A stretch of 64,000 nucleotides of DNA, from positions 56,918,001 to 56,982,000 of the forward strand of contig NC_087437.1 of the NCBI RefSeq assembly GCF_036321535.1, read 5' to 3'. This DNA is from Camelus dromedarius (lineage: Eukaryota). Positions 1-12,885 of the stretch are shown here, piece after piece (position 1 is the first letter of the stretch; each line of letters begins with the position of its first letter). Under the pieces are notes generated by a model. That model did no database searches. It saw only the letters and a list, made by a program, of their open reading frames with translations, and had not been told where the DNA came from. The position numbers and the translations under genes were made by a program.

Positions 1-49
1 CTGGCGCCCACCTGGTCCGGGCTGCCCTGGCCGGGAAGGGAATCGAATT

Positions 50-175
50 CAGGGTCTGCTGTGGGACCTTGGGCCAGTCACTTACGTTCTGAGCCTCGGG
101 TTTTTCCTATGTAAGGAGATGGGGGGGAGAGAGGCAAGCACCACTCGCATCAAGTGGTTGTGCAAATGTCCTAGG
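50..175 (+). mobile_element. MIR SINE fragment
   Basis: gtgggaccttgggccagtcacttacgttctgagcctcgggtttttcctatgtaa resembles the MIR core. Confidence 0.65.
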
Positions 176-3100
176 GACTAGCAGTGCCCGTAGTGAACGC
201 ACCACAACTGGGTACATTTGACTTACTTGTGTTCTGAAAAATTAAGGCCCAGCCTAGCTGGCTTGAAGGCTGGAAAGTGGGGAGGGGTTGACGTTCAGTT
301 CCGTGTGGAGCCTTTGTTTTGAAACTTGACTCTTTCCCTCCTTCTGTCTACTTTTCCTAGCCCTGCGTCTGGCTGGCTGACTTTCCCACCTTCCTCCAGG
401 TTTAAAAGTTTAGTCTGGGCACTGCCCAGCACGGGCAGGCGGACGGAAAGCTGTTCTAAACATTCTCTTCACAAAAAGCAGTGAGCGAGGGGGGACAGGG
501 GACTGACTGTGACCTTCATTTTCACTGCCTCGCTACACTGATGAGCAGGAAAATCAAGATTAATTACTACAGGTCTTGCTTGGCTACTAGCAAGAGCCCG
601 TTGACTTCCCTTCCATCCTCAAGACCTAGTTTTTTGTTTTGTTTTGTTTTGTTTTTGTTTTCATGAGGTCTTGGGTACTGGACCGCCTTAATATTTAGTT
701 TTCTTTGGCTATTATTTAGCCCTAGGGAGCATGGAAGTCTCAGGGTGCTATCCGGGCTTGCAAAGGTTGTCTCTGTTGTGGATGTCATTTGTTTCAGCTG
801 ACTCCTGTGGTCTTAGTTGTCTTGGGAATGTGGAATTGAAAGTAAGAATCTTTTGCTTTCTTGGAACTGTGTGTCTTACTGCCAACCTGATTTGACTCAA
901 ATAGGCTTGTGGGTGCTCAGGCTGACCCTAGAATATGAAGAAAGTTTCTCTGTTTTATTTCCCAGAGTTCCAAGCACTAGGAGACAGAATCTCTGGTTTT
1001 ATGTAGAATTTTTAATGGGGCTATGGGCTTGTCCTATTGTTCCTGAAGGATAATAGAGTTTAGGCCTGAGATTTTAGCAAGTGGTGTTTTTCAACCTTTT
1101 AGTTCCCAGCCAGCCTGGCTTTGGTGAAGATTCTGGCATTCGCATGTAAATGTACTCTTCTTAGCACTGTCAGGACTGGAGCCTGAGTTATAGGAAAGGC
1201 AAAGTCGCAGTCTTTGAGACTCTCCTTAACCTTACTGGTAGGAGAGGTGTGCGTTTGTATGTGTGTGGTGGAGGGGATGTCTCTAGAGAAAAAAGTGTGT
1301 AGCGCTTCCTTGGGGGTGAGTGATGAGTAGGATGAGAACTGGAGTTCAAACACAACCTTAATATGTAAAGTATTAGTCATGTAGTGTTATGATTTTATCT
1401 AGCTCCCTATACATGTCAGTTACCCGAAACAAACTTGAAACTCACTTTCTGTGTATGCATTTGTATGACTCTTAGGTCTTCTGGTTTCTAACCAAGACAT
1501 GAATGGTTTATTCTAGTATATTCTTTTTGAAGGATTTCACCTATAACTGCAGGATTTTTCCATTGCTAAACTCAAGTTTAACACATTTGAATTGGCTTTC
1601 ATTTTGTGCAATATGGTGTCAGGCAATCCAGTTTCCATAGTATTGGTAAAGTGGTAAAGAAATTTATGTGGCTGTTTCATTAAGTTAGAATTAAATATTG
1701 ATTTGCTTTGAAGGTGGTCCGAAATTGTTGAGAACATCACTGTCTCTGTAAGCATCTGATTTTTCTGATTCAAAGATCATCAAAGGAAGTAATGTACTGT
1801 ACTAGAAACGTCCTAATGGTAGATTGTTTTTTGATCTGGGAAGTAGTCACATCTAATAAAGTGTATCTTTAGGTAATATAACTCTTAATTATGGCCCAGT
1901 TACTCCCTAACAATATTTATGGACCCTAATTAAAGAAAATAAAGTTGGTGCCCATGATTGAGTAAAACACACACAAACATTGAGACTGTTCTTAATATTG
2001 AACCTCCAACTCAGTTTGAAAAGGAAATTTAGTAATAATTTGCTTAGTATTCTGGCACAAATCTTTCTCTCCTACTTCTCTTAACAATCTAAACCTTTAT
2101 AGACAATTAAAATTTGAGATCATGGGGTAGATTCCAGTAGAGATTGAGAAGAATAGTGCAATGGATGTCTGCCCGTTACCACTGACCTTTTCTTTAGGAG
2201 GGGGTGGAGAGCCCTGGGACCTTTGTTGTGAACATCAATGGAGGTCATGGTAGCAGCTGACAGCAGGGAAAGGGAATATTTGAAAGCTTTTTTTTTTTCC
2301 TAGGTTGCTTGCTTATTTAGTTTTAAACTGGTCAGAGATGTTCATCATTTGCACACACCTTTGAAAAAAATAACTCCAGCAATATTATTACCTTAGGAAA
2401 TCTCTCTTAACATAGGAGACGGAGGCACATGTTTGAGTTCATATGTAGTGAAAAGAATGAGGTCTAACTAAATGTCAACACACACCATTATTTTTGGCTT
2501 AAAAGCATATTTGGAACATCTGCATACTTTTTGTAGTGGAAGTAACCATTGTCATTGTTTAAGAATTGTTTATTTCTTTTTATTTCTGTTTCATTGTTTC
2601 TTCTGAGGTTCTCTGCAACAAGATTTGAAATAATTCTTAGCCATTTTTTAAATCAGTAGGTGTATAACTCAAATGCATCATGCAGTTTGTGAATGTTAGA
2701 CAAGGTATTTGCAAATAGACAAACATTCCAATGTTCTGAAAGTTTTTTAGCTTAGATCAGAGCTCTTTTTTCCCTAAAAAGGGAGCACTTTTCATTAGTT
2801 AACAAATTTAGATTTTTGGTCAATTTTAGCTTCTTTGCTGAATTTTTTTTCTGAAACGACAATCCAGACCCCCTACTTTTCTTTGTGCTCTCTCGAGGCT
2901 GATTCCATTCTCTATTTGGTTTGAGTTGCTCACCAGTTGCTATAATCTCGCCCTTTACCCCATCTAACAAAGGTTTCACATTATCTTTAAAGTTTTGCTC
3001 TGAGAGACTTGACCTGTCCATCAAAGTCATTCCTAGACCCTTTGAAACTTTATTAGCTCCTTTGCAGTTTTTTAGTCATTAGAGTTTTCCCACTTTTAAC

Positions 3101-5914
3101 CATTTAGCATTTATGTACCAACCGTCCCATCTTCTCCCAAGGCCAGCCTTCTTTTTTCTTTCCTTATAGCAGTAAGGAATTTTATTATGTATTACGTATT
3201 CTTACTGTCCTTCAGATGGAAGGTTCCATCGTCTCCACATTTGGTTTACACTTCATGCGCGCCCACACGCAATCACAATTAGCATTTGAAATTGGTGCAC
3301 TTGGTAGAGATATTTCTTGAAATAAAGATAGCTAGCTATTCTGAGAGCAGGCCTTCTTTCTAGAAAGATAAAAGTTAACACATTTTCAGAAATATGCCTA
3401 GAAAGCATCGATTCATTTTAGGTCCAGGATACTCCAGTGGCATAATGGGGTAAATTAAATTATGGCATAAATCCAGAAGTTTAAGGGGAAAGATACAAAA
3501 TTGTCTGGGCAATAAGTTGATCAAGTAGTCCCAGAGATCTAAAGCATATCACAACCCCAGGACATTTAATGTGATGGTGGTTTGTGAGAGATACATTATC
3601 TGGCTCCAGGGCAAACTCACTTTCTCTTTTCTTCAAAATTCCACAGCAGTCTTTTGAGCGGGGGTGGGGGGGGTGGGGGGGGCCTGTTTTTTAATGAGAC
3701 CATGGCTAGATCTTGAGTTAGGAGGTTTGTGACTTTTTTCTTTATCGTCGTCTGGCTTCAGGTCTTTTACATAGCCAGCAAATAATTCAGCACATATTTG
3801 AAAGTGAATGAATGAATGAGTAAATCCTGAATACTAGACATTCCCTGTTGGTTTAGGAGTCCTGTCTCTGGCATAATTACTTCATATTCCTTCTCAGAGT
3901 ATAAGCTCTCAAAGGGCAGAGATAATGCCTTTTAACCATGGGTATTACATTTCATCATGCCAGTAGTAAATTTATAAAAACTTCTAATCTATTTTTTTCT
4001 ATTGTTTTCTCATAGATGCATCTTATAAATAGAATCCATCCAACATAGATATATAGAAAGTAAAAAAAGGTAATGCACGCCTTTCTTCTGGTTTGGAGGT
4101 AGTCATTGTTAAGAATAAAATTTTAGTAAAAACATTTTTAAAAATTCTGTGTTGTGGTTTTGATTTTTTTTCAGTAATAGATTTAATTTTTTCTTGAAGT
4201 GCAAAGCAACATAGCATAATGTGGAAGCTGGAAAGAAATTTAGAAACATATCTTTAAAAAGTTCATGTGCTGTGTGCTACCTAGGGCATGAAGGTAGTTT
4301 CCCAATTAAGAGTGCCCTGTGTGCAGGGACCTGATCTTCACTGTGGTGGAGAGGCGGTCCTGAAGAGTTCAAGGAGTTGTGGAGAACCCTTGAAATTCCA
4401 TCTGTGTACCCAAGATGCCTCTCACAAAAGGGAAGAAACATCTTTCAGTTTATTGCTATATGCAGGTATGCAGTGCCTTCTTAAATGAATCAATGCTTTT
4501 TAATAAATGAAATAGCTATTATTTTTCAAATAAAGATTCTTTTAATAATTTATTTGAAAAGTGCTTTTCTTTTTTTTTTTTTTTTTTAAACAAGTAGTTA
4601 AAGGACAACTTCTCCCTTGTGGGAAACTGTGAAGTTAATTGCTATTTTTAAAAAGGATCTCAGAGTAGAAAGCATTAAAAACCACAGATCTAGGCCAAGC
4701 AGATTTTCCAGATGAAAATCTGAGAGCCAGGTTGAGGAAGTGAGTTGTACCAAACCGGTGAGGCTAAAAATTAGCAGCACATTGGGGCTTAGAATTAGAA
4801 AAGTTTAAAACTGCATATCCACACAGCTCAGTCTTCTCTTCTTTCTCCCTTCCCACTTCCTCCCATCCTCTGCCCCTCTCCCTCTTCTTCTCTTTCTTTT
4901 AAATTATTCTGTAGATACATGAGTAACTCCTGATGTGTTTCATTAATACTGTCATGTTTAAAGCAGTGGAATAAAAATAATGAAAAGCAATTTCAGAGAT
5001 TTTTCTGAAGTTATTTTAGGGATAATGTTTGATGTGAATGTTAAAGAGTTAACATAGATTTCATTTTATTTTTTAATTAAAAGCTTCTTTTTTTTAGGTT
5101 TTATTTTGATTCAGCAAATGAATTACTGGGTGAACTACAGGAGGTCACACTCCTGCCTCCATGTTTTTTCTGTCTAAAAAATACATTTCCTCTCTGGTAC
5201 ACTCAGCCTTAAGGGGCTAGTGTTTAGAGGCTTGGACAGTTTAAGATTAAAAGTATTAGGGGCATAAAGAAAGCCACAGGCCGTGGTTTTTCCTTAGTTC
5301 TTTCCGGGGACATAGGAGTTTTGACTGATAAAAATTTTGCTTCAGTACCAAAAAGCAGTATGATATCACAAAACGTAAGTAAACTCTGTTTGAAATCCCA
5401 GTTTTCTAAGGACAGGAGCGTATTTTAAAATTAACTACCCTGACCTATCGGGGAGAAAATAAACCTTATCACTGCTATTTTTGCAATTTCAGAGGTAGCC
5501 ACTGGAATGGCTGTTGGATTGCTTTTAATTGATGACCTATTTAAAGACATTCTGTGCTTCAAAACTGTAAAATTAGGATACCCCAGATCTTGGGTAAGAC
5601 CTACAAAGGAGAATTGGTTTTATATACCTTGGGAATTATTTAGACCATTTATGTCCAGATGTTTGAATTTAGAAACTGGTACAAAAAAGTTCCCAGATAC
5701 TACTTTTAAAGGGACGTGACAAACATGCACACACAAAAGAACTTGGGTTTTTTTTTGCCATTATTTCATTAAAACACACACATGTGCTAAGATACATAGG
5801 TATTCATATGAATAGTTGGTAACCATAGACTGACATAAAAACAGTGAAAACTTTCTAATAAACCAGAAGCAGTCTGTAACCAGTCTTGCTTTATATCAGT
5901 GTTTTTTTATATTT

Positions 5915-6828
5915 TTCTTTTTTAGTCAAATTCATTGAGGTATATAATTCACATGCAGTAAAAATTCATCCTTCTTAGTATGCAGTTCTGGGTTTTGGCA
6001 AATGTGTAGTCTTGTAACCACCACAACAAGACAAAGACCAGTTACATAACTCCCCACACTGCTGCACCGTTTTTCCCCCACCTCCATCAACCACTGATTT
6101 GTTTTCTATGGTTTTGCCTCTATAAAAATGTCCTATAAATGGGATCATACAATAGGTTGCTTTTTGAGTCTGGCTTCTTTCACTTAGCATAATCCATCTG
6201 ATATCATCTTCTGTGTATCCGTAGTTTTGTTCCATTTTCTTGCTAAGTCCCAGTGTATGACTGTACCACCATTTGCTTATCCGCTTACTGGCTGACGAAC
6301 ATTGGGTTGTTTTCACTTTTGGTGGCTATAAATGGTCTGTAAATATTTGCATACAGTTTTTTTGGGGGGGTAAGGGGTAGTGAACATGTTTTCATTTTTC
6401 TTAGGTAAGCATCTGGGGTGGGGTTACTGGGTCACATAGTGAATGTATATTTAGCTTTATAAGAAACTGCCAAGGTGTTTTTCCAAGTGGCTATACCATT
6501 TTACATTCCCACAAGTGATGTATGTGAGCTCCAGTTGCTCTGCATCCTTTTCTCTACTTTATGTTGTCAAAATACATATTTTAATTTTAAATATTTTAGT
6601 AGGTATGTAATATCATCTCGTGTTGCTTTAATTTGCATTTCTCCAGTGACTAATGATTTGAGCCTCTTTTCTTTGTGCCTATTTCCTATTCTTATATCAT
6701 TTGTTGAAGTGTATGTTCCAAACTTGCCTTTTGTAAAAAAAAAAAAAAAACAACTTCATTGTATTTTGAGAGTTCTTTACATGTTCTGAATTCAAGTCTT
6801 TAATCAGGTATGTATTTTGCGAATGTGA
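5915..6828 (-). mobile_element. Old LINE-1 3' fragment (L1MB/L1MC-like), antisense to the gene
   Basis: Typical reverse L1 3' text (gtctggcttctttcacttagcataat; ccattttacattcccac; ttttaatttgcattt-like); minus ORF 5975..6316 contains MLSERSQTQKATYCMIPFI, typical of L1 3' ends. Confidence 0.88.
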
Positions 6829-6950
6829 GTGGTTTTTAAACCTTGGTACAACATTAGAATGATGTGGCAAGCTTTACTATGAACACATTCATAGCCCCGC
6901 TTGATATCCACTGAATCTCTTGGAGGTGGTCCCAGGAATTGTACTTTTTA
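6829..6950. mobile_element. MER5-like hAT-Charlie fragment
   Basis: gtggtttttaaaccttgg...cattagaat...ctgaatctcttggaggtggtcccaggaatt resembles MER5A. Confidence 0.5.
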
Positions 6951-7151
6951 TACTAGATTATGCACTTGGACTTAACACCATGGGCATTTGGAATATACTA
7001 AGAACATTGTGGCCACTCTAATGCAGGGGTCAATTCTGCCCTACTCTAATTTCTTACATGTTTTCCAGCGCCAGCTCATTTTCCTATCAGTGTTAAAAAT
7101 GAGCAGCAGTGTTTTCTTTCCTTTCAGTAATTGAAATTAGTTCCTCTAAGG

Positions 7152-7460
7152 TAGGGGTTTGCAAACTAACAGCCCTTGGGCCAGTCCAGCACACCCACTG
7201 CTTGTTTTTATACAAGTGAGCTGAAGGTAGTTCTTACATTTTTTAATGATTGAAAAAAAAAGAGGAAGAAGAATGTTTTGTGACAGATAAAAATGATGTG
7301 AAATTCACATTTCAGTGTCTAAAGTTTTATTCGAACATAACTTTGCTCATTTGTTTACGGATTGTCTGTGGCCGTCTTCATGCTGCTAAAGCTGAGTAAT
7401 TGTGGAAGAAGAGACTGATCAGCAGAGATTAAATTCTTGACTCTATGGTACTTTATGGAA
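7152..7460. mobile_element. MER58B-like hAT-Charlie DNA transposon
   Basis: taggggtttgcaaact...gggcc...aaagttttattcgaacata...ctcatttgtttac...ttgtctgtggc matches MER58 hallmarks. Confidence 0.75.
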
Positions 7461-8927
7461 AAAAAATAATTGAGGCCATTTCAATGAAACCTTTTAAAAA
7501 AAACTTCCCTATTTAGTATCTTTGGATATTTCTGTTATTACTATGAACATCAGTTACCAAAACTTTTCTTTAATACAGTGGTGTGCTGTTGGAGACTGTT
7601 GTCGGTTGAACTCATGATAGCATGTTTTATTTCTGTAGCGACTTTTAAAAATAAAGACTTACATCCTGATTTTTTCTTTCTTTCTTTTTTTTTTAAGAGG
7701 AAAATTTGCTCTCCACATAAATTTCTAGGGGTTTCACAACTGATTATCAAGGTAGAAATCTTTTGTGAAGTAGGAATATTCTGTATACCAGCTCCGAGTA
7801 AGGGTCTGTGGGACTTTGATGAGTGAAGGGCAGGAGTAAACGAATTCAGCTTTTTAAAAAGTTTGCTTATGATTCTTAGACCTTCACTTGTTACTTTTCA
7901 CTGGCTCTCTTCAAAATGTGTTACCAACATTTGCATGAATGAAGTGTCACTTTGTCTTCTTGGAAACTTGTATCAGAGGTACCTAGGTTGATTTGCCACT
8001 AAACTTGGAAGGCTTAGTGTGTGATAAGCATTTCCAGTCCTGATATAGCTTCTCAATGACCAAATATCAGGGGAGTCTCCCCTGGACTTTTTTGGCTTTT
8101 ATTTTTGTAATGAGTCATGAAGGCTGAGTCACTTTCCATTGACTTGACTCCAGGACTTTTAACTGCGTATAGTAAGGCACGAATGACTTATAAGGATATC
8201 TTTCCCTCTTCACTGTCTCCCCTTCAATAACAATTTTTTTTCCTTTATTGGCTGTATAGAGGAGTCCATGATTTACTTTATTACATTCACTAATTTTTGA
8301 GTAGTACCTTCCCATCAAATGCGTCTAAGTATTAGCTTTTTCTTTCATATCATAAAATTCTGTAAAATATAAAATGTTAGGGTTGGCAAATACTGTCAAA
8401 ATGGTTTTAGTGTCTAGATGGGAAACCAGAAGTAGAGAAAGAGAAACAAGGGGTTCGATTAAGATTCATATCCCCCCACCTGCACATCTTGAGTTTGGCC
8501 TAACATCTGCCAACAGCTGTTTTAGAAAGGACTGTGCCTTCTCAGTGTCTGCATTTCCAGATCACTTTCTGGTTTTGCTTTCCAACAGTTCCTCATTGTG
8601 TCAGTGATGGCTGGACTCTAACTTGCCATGTCTGCTTCTGTTGTTTTCCAGTCAGACCTCATTATTTTAAATGGGGCTTTGGCGTACCCATGAAGCATTT
8701 CTTTTCTTTTCTCTTTATAGTTACCCCATTAAATCTCCACAGAGCGAATCTTTGAAAGATCATTTTGGCCATGTGTGTATGTTGGAGGAGAAAAGCTGGA
8801 GGTTTAGAAAATGGTTAGGGAGCTATTGATGGACTCCTTTACCCTGCTTTAACATCCCTGAATTCCAGAATGCAGTGTCTCTCAGGCTCTCCAAACTAGG
8901 ATAACTACTGAGGCTTAAAGGCAGGGC

Positions 8928-9081
8928 CAGGGCCGCCAAATAGTTTTTAGGCCAAACCTGGACACATTGTGAGTATAAAGGGGGATTCTGATAATTTTAC
9001 CGAAAGAGGTGTGTACTCGTGACCACACAACTGAAAGAGACATTGCTGAAATATCACAGGCAGTTGGATATGGTGACAGTG
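8928..9081. mobile_element. MER94-like hAT-Blackjack fragment
   Basis: ccaaacctggacacattgtgagtataaaggggg...ataatttta and a terminal atatggtgac resemble MER94/MER94B. Confidence 0.45.
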
Positions 9082-9629
9082 AGGTCCTTGTTAAAAAACC
9101 CTTTCTGAATATATAAAGTTTTCATTGCCATTTAAAACCTGAAGGCCACCTGCCTGTCTCCCAGAGACTGTCTTGAGGTTCTTAATGTGTTTTCTATTTC
9201 ATAATGGATTACTAAATGAAACAAGTTCTGCAGGATGTAGTAAAAATATTAGGGTTTCATGTAGCTGTTCATATTTAGGTTTCTCAAAATTCTTTCATCT
9301 AGCCAATTTTCTTTCCATTTCCTATTTATGAATTCTCTGCATATATTCCCCCCAGATGTGGCGAATGGATGTTAAAAAGATTTGTGCTGTTGAAGGGAGG
9401 TAAGAAATGCACACATTTCTGATTCCTACTTACCTCGCGATATGCAATATAACTACCATTGTTCTTCATTTTAAATAGAGTAGGAGGCTACCTTTTTACT
9501 CTTTATATTTCTCCTGTGTATCTTTTTAGTAATTGAGCTCCTCTTAGAATTATATTGTGGTATTTGCTCTAGCTTACAAATTACTTTGTCCAGATTGAAG
9601 TCAAGCTTGTATAAAACTTAAGCAGACAT

Positions 9630-9855
9630 AGTCTTTGTAAAGGGAAGTACTTTGAACCTAGATTTACAAAACTTGGCTTCCACATCTCATCTTTACCACT
9701 CATTTGGTGTAAGGACTCAGAGAAAACACTCAGAATCTCTCAGATTCAGTTTTCTTATCTTTTGGAGATAATATTTACTATGCGTAATATATGGACTTGT
9801 GATGAGAGTTAATTGAAGAAATGGATTTGAAAATATTTTGTAAAATGTAGTGTTC
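9630..9855 (+). mobile_element. MIR SINE
   Basis: ctctcagattcagttttcttatcttttggagataata...gtgatgagagttaattgaa. Confidence 0.6.
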
Positions 9856-12684
9856 CACATACAGTGTCAGTGATACTATTGTTCAAGTTGCTTTCCTACT
9901 TTCCTTTCCCCAGACCATTGTTTCTTTGAACCCCAACCCTCTACATGGTATCTCTTTCTATGCTATCCAAATATACCCTTTTTCTACCCCCCTATCCTTC
10001 CCTGACCTCCCCAGACCTAGCTCAAATGCTGATTCTCTGTTAAGTCTACTCTGCTTCTTTCCTGTATGTCTCTTTAACCTACTTTTGAGGTACTTTCTTC
10101 CTTAAGGAACATGTCTCATTCCTGTATTGGTCTGCTAGCTCTCTGTCGGGACAAGAATGGTCGCCAACTGATCTCAGCATTTCTTGGGTATCCTTACACA
10201 TAGGAGAGACTCCAGAAAACTTTTTGGACTATCTGATGACCTGTGTTCTGTGGGCAAACTGACCTGAGATAACTGGATGAATGGCACTAGAATAAGAGCC
10301 CTGGTCATTTGCGTGAATTCACTGGGGTAGGAATAGAGGCCTTGGAGCATACCACTTTAACATTTGTTGCATGAATTTTCCCCATCTATCGCCTTTCTGT
10401 AGGAGACTGATTGGTATTAAGGTTAACTCAAGGTCTAAACACATAGTAGGCTCCTTTGGAGGCAATAATCTTACCCGTTTATGGATTGACTTTAGTTATG
10501 CAAGACCCTGGTAATGTGTGTATGTCTTCCAGGAATGTGATAATGGTGTCATTTTGTTGCTGTTACTAGAGGGTCCAGTTAGTTTCTTAGATGATACTGG
10601 GTTCTATTCAGAATTTTTGTATTTACTATTTTCTCCTTTAGATATATTTTTAGATAAAGGGGTCAAAGTTCTTATAAAGTCTTAATGAAATAGATCACAC
10701 ATAACATGTGTTTTCTAAGTTCTTGATTGAGAAGAAAGATAATTGTGAAGAATCTGAAAGTTTGGGGTTGGAAACTAAAAAGGTGAGTGTACAGATTGCA
10801 AACTTGGGATGGTTTATGTTCAAGAGAGGGTGCGAAAGCATGAGCGAAAGCACTCGAGAGTTTTTGCTTTGGGGATGGATATGTTTAATGCATACTTATT
10901 TTAGGATGGTTTTCTAAATTACAGCATACTGTTTAGTCTCAGCTTCATAGGGTGTATTAGAAGTTAACACTTTTAAAAACATGCAGTGCCACAAAAAACA
11001 AATTTATGTTTCTAGGTAGACTTTTTAGCAGTTTTTAAAAAATCATCAAAATGACTGAATTCTTAAAAAAAAAAGTGAGACAGATGACTCCCTTAGAGCA
11101 GAAAGGTATTTGGACAGCTTGTCTTCCTGTTCACAGATGCAGGCTGCCTCTGATTTTCTTTCACTTCCTCTGCAGGGGAATTACACGATAACCAAATATA
11201 CCGTAGGATGTACTGAAGCCAGTTTCAGTAACAATATGTAGAGAAATCCAGGGCATTTAGAACACAGTCTAGTTGAACTTAAATTTGGTGATCTTCAAGA
11301 AGACTTCTGAATATGGAAGGTGAACAGCTTTCCTAGGCTGTAATTTGATCATCTGGCCCCAAGTTAACCTTTTAGGGAACGGCATAGTCCACAATTGTAT
11401 TTACTGGACAGTAAATGAATGATCGTATGGTCTTACTTTACCCTGATACCGAAGGCTGTGTGAGAACTGCTAGTGAGACAGGATAAGTCTACCTTTTTAC
11501 AGGACACTAGATTGAGTGAAAGGTTATTTTAAAACTTATTGGTGGTGAGAACTACTATACTGAAGGATAAAAGCAGATGTTTGCAGTTTTCTATGGTAGA
11601 AATAGTAAAACCAACAGCAGCAATGAAGAAAGCAGTCTTTGTTGCAGAAGAAAGCATAGCAGTCATCCTGTGTGGATAGTCCTTCACATAGGCTAAGATT
11701 GTGATGTTTTAGATGATGTCCTTGCATCCAGGATACAAGTGTACATCACTTACACTGAACCATCTACATTTCACACTACCCTGTATCTAAGTTGGATGAG
11801 TTCTTAAAGATAGTTTGGACTGTTTCCTAATAGGTCAGACACTGAGGTTCTGATTTGGAAAGTAACTTGTCAGAGGTCACTTGATGAGCTGGTGACAGAG
11901 CCAGGACTAAAATTCTGACAGGTATCTGGAATGAAGAACTAGGCTGTTTGTACTTTGCACTTTGTTCCTTACATGCTACAGTAAAGCCATTATATTTCTA
12001 TAGATTGGGGATACTTACATTTCTTACAGTAAAGATACCAAAATGCCTTGTGGATTTGACAGGAAGCTTTTACTAGAGCAATTCAAGGAACTGGAATTAG
12101 GAAAATCCAGCTAGTTTTAAGCATGCAGTATTTTAAATCTGCATGTAAGTGTATTGTTTATATTTTGACTGGCTATGCTTCTACTCAACAGTCTACCCTC
12201 CTGTTATTCTCAATGGTGATACTTTGATAGTTCTTCTATTTTAGTAAACTGTAATTACATGACTTTCAGATGGAATTCCACTTTGCTTTCTAATCCTGGA
12301 TGTTCATCTGAAAAAAGTGTGGAGTGGTGGAACTTATTAAACATTCTAGGTGTATTGATTTCCTTTTAATTCAAGCCCACAGTATGTTTGTATAGGAAAC
12401 ATGTTCTCCCTCAATTGGCCATATGAGGTTAGAAGGAGCTATTGAGATGTGGTAGACTGTTGATTACATTGTAATTCTTTGCCGGGAAACATCTCCATAT
12501 ATTCATAAGAGGAAGCAGTGATTGCCTATTCCATTATAGAGGCCATACCAGAGAAGTGATAGGTCTGTGTGAATCAGTGACTTAGTGGGACCTGGCTAGC
12601 AGAAATACTTAATAGAAAATAATCATAAGAATTCATTAATTCTTTCATCAAGAATTCATTCATCTCTGATGATGCCAATAATAG

Positions 12685-12885
12685 TTGGTCCATTTATTGA
12701 ACTTCCTCTTATTAAGTGACAGATGTTTTCTGTGGCCCTTCACTTACCTAATTTAGTCCTCACAACGTTTATCCTCGTTTTACAGATCAGGAACCTGAGG
12801 CTCGAAGAGATCAAATAGCTTGCCTAAGGTCTTTTAGCCAGTAAGAAAAAGGTATTTGAATCCTGCTCTGCATAGCTCCAAAGGT
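12685..12885 (-). mobile_element. MIR SINE
   Basis: atcctcgttttacagatcaggaacctgaggctcgaagagatcaaatagcttgcctaaggtc is the reverse MIR core. Confidence 0.8.
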
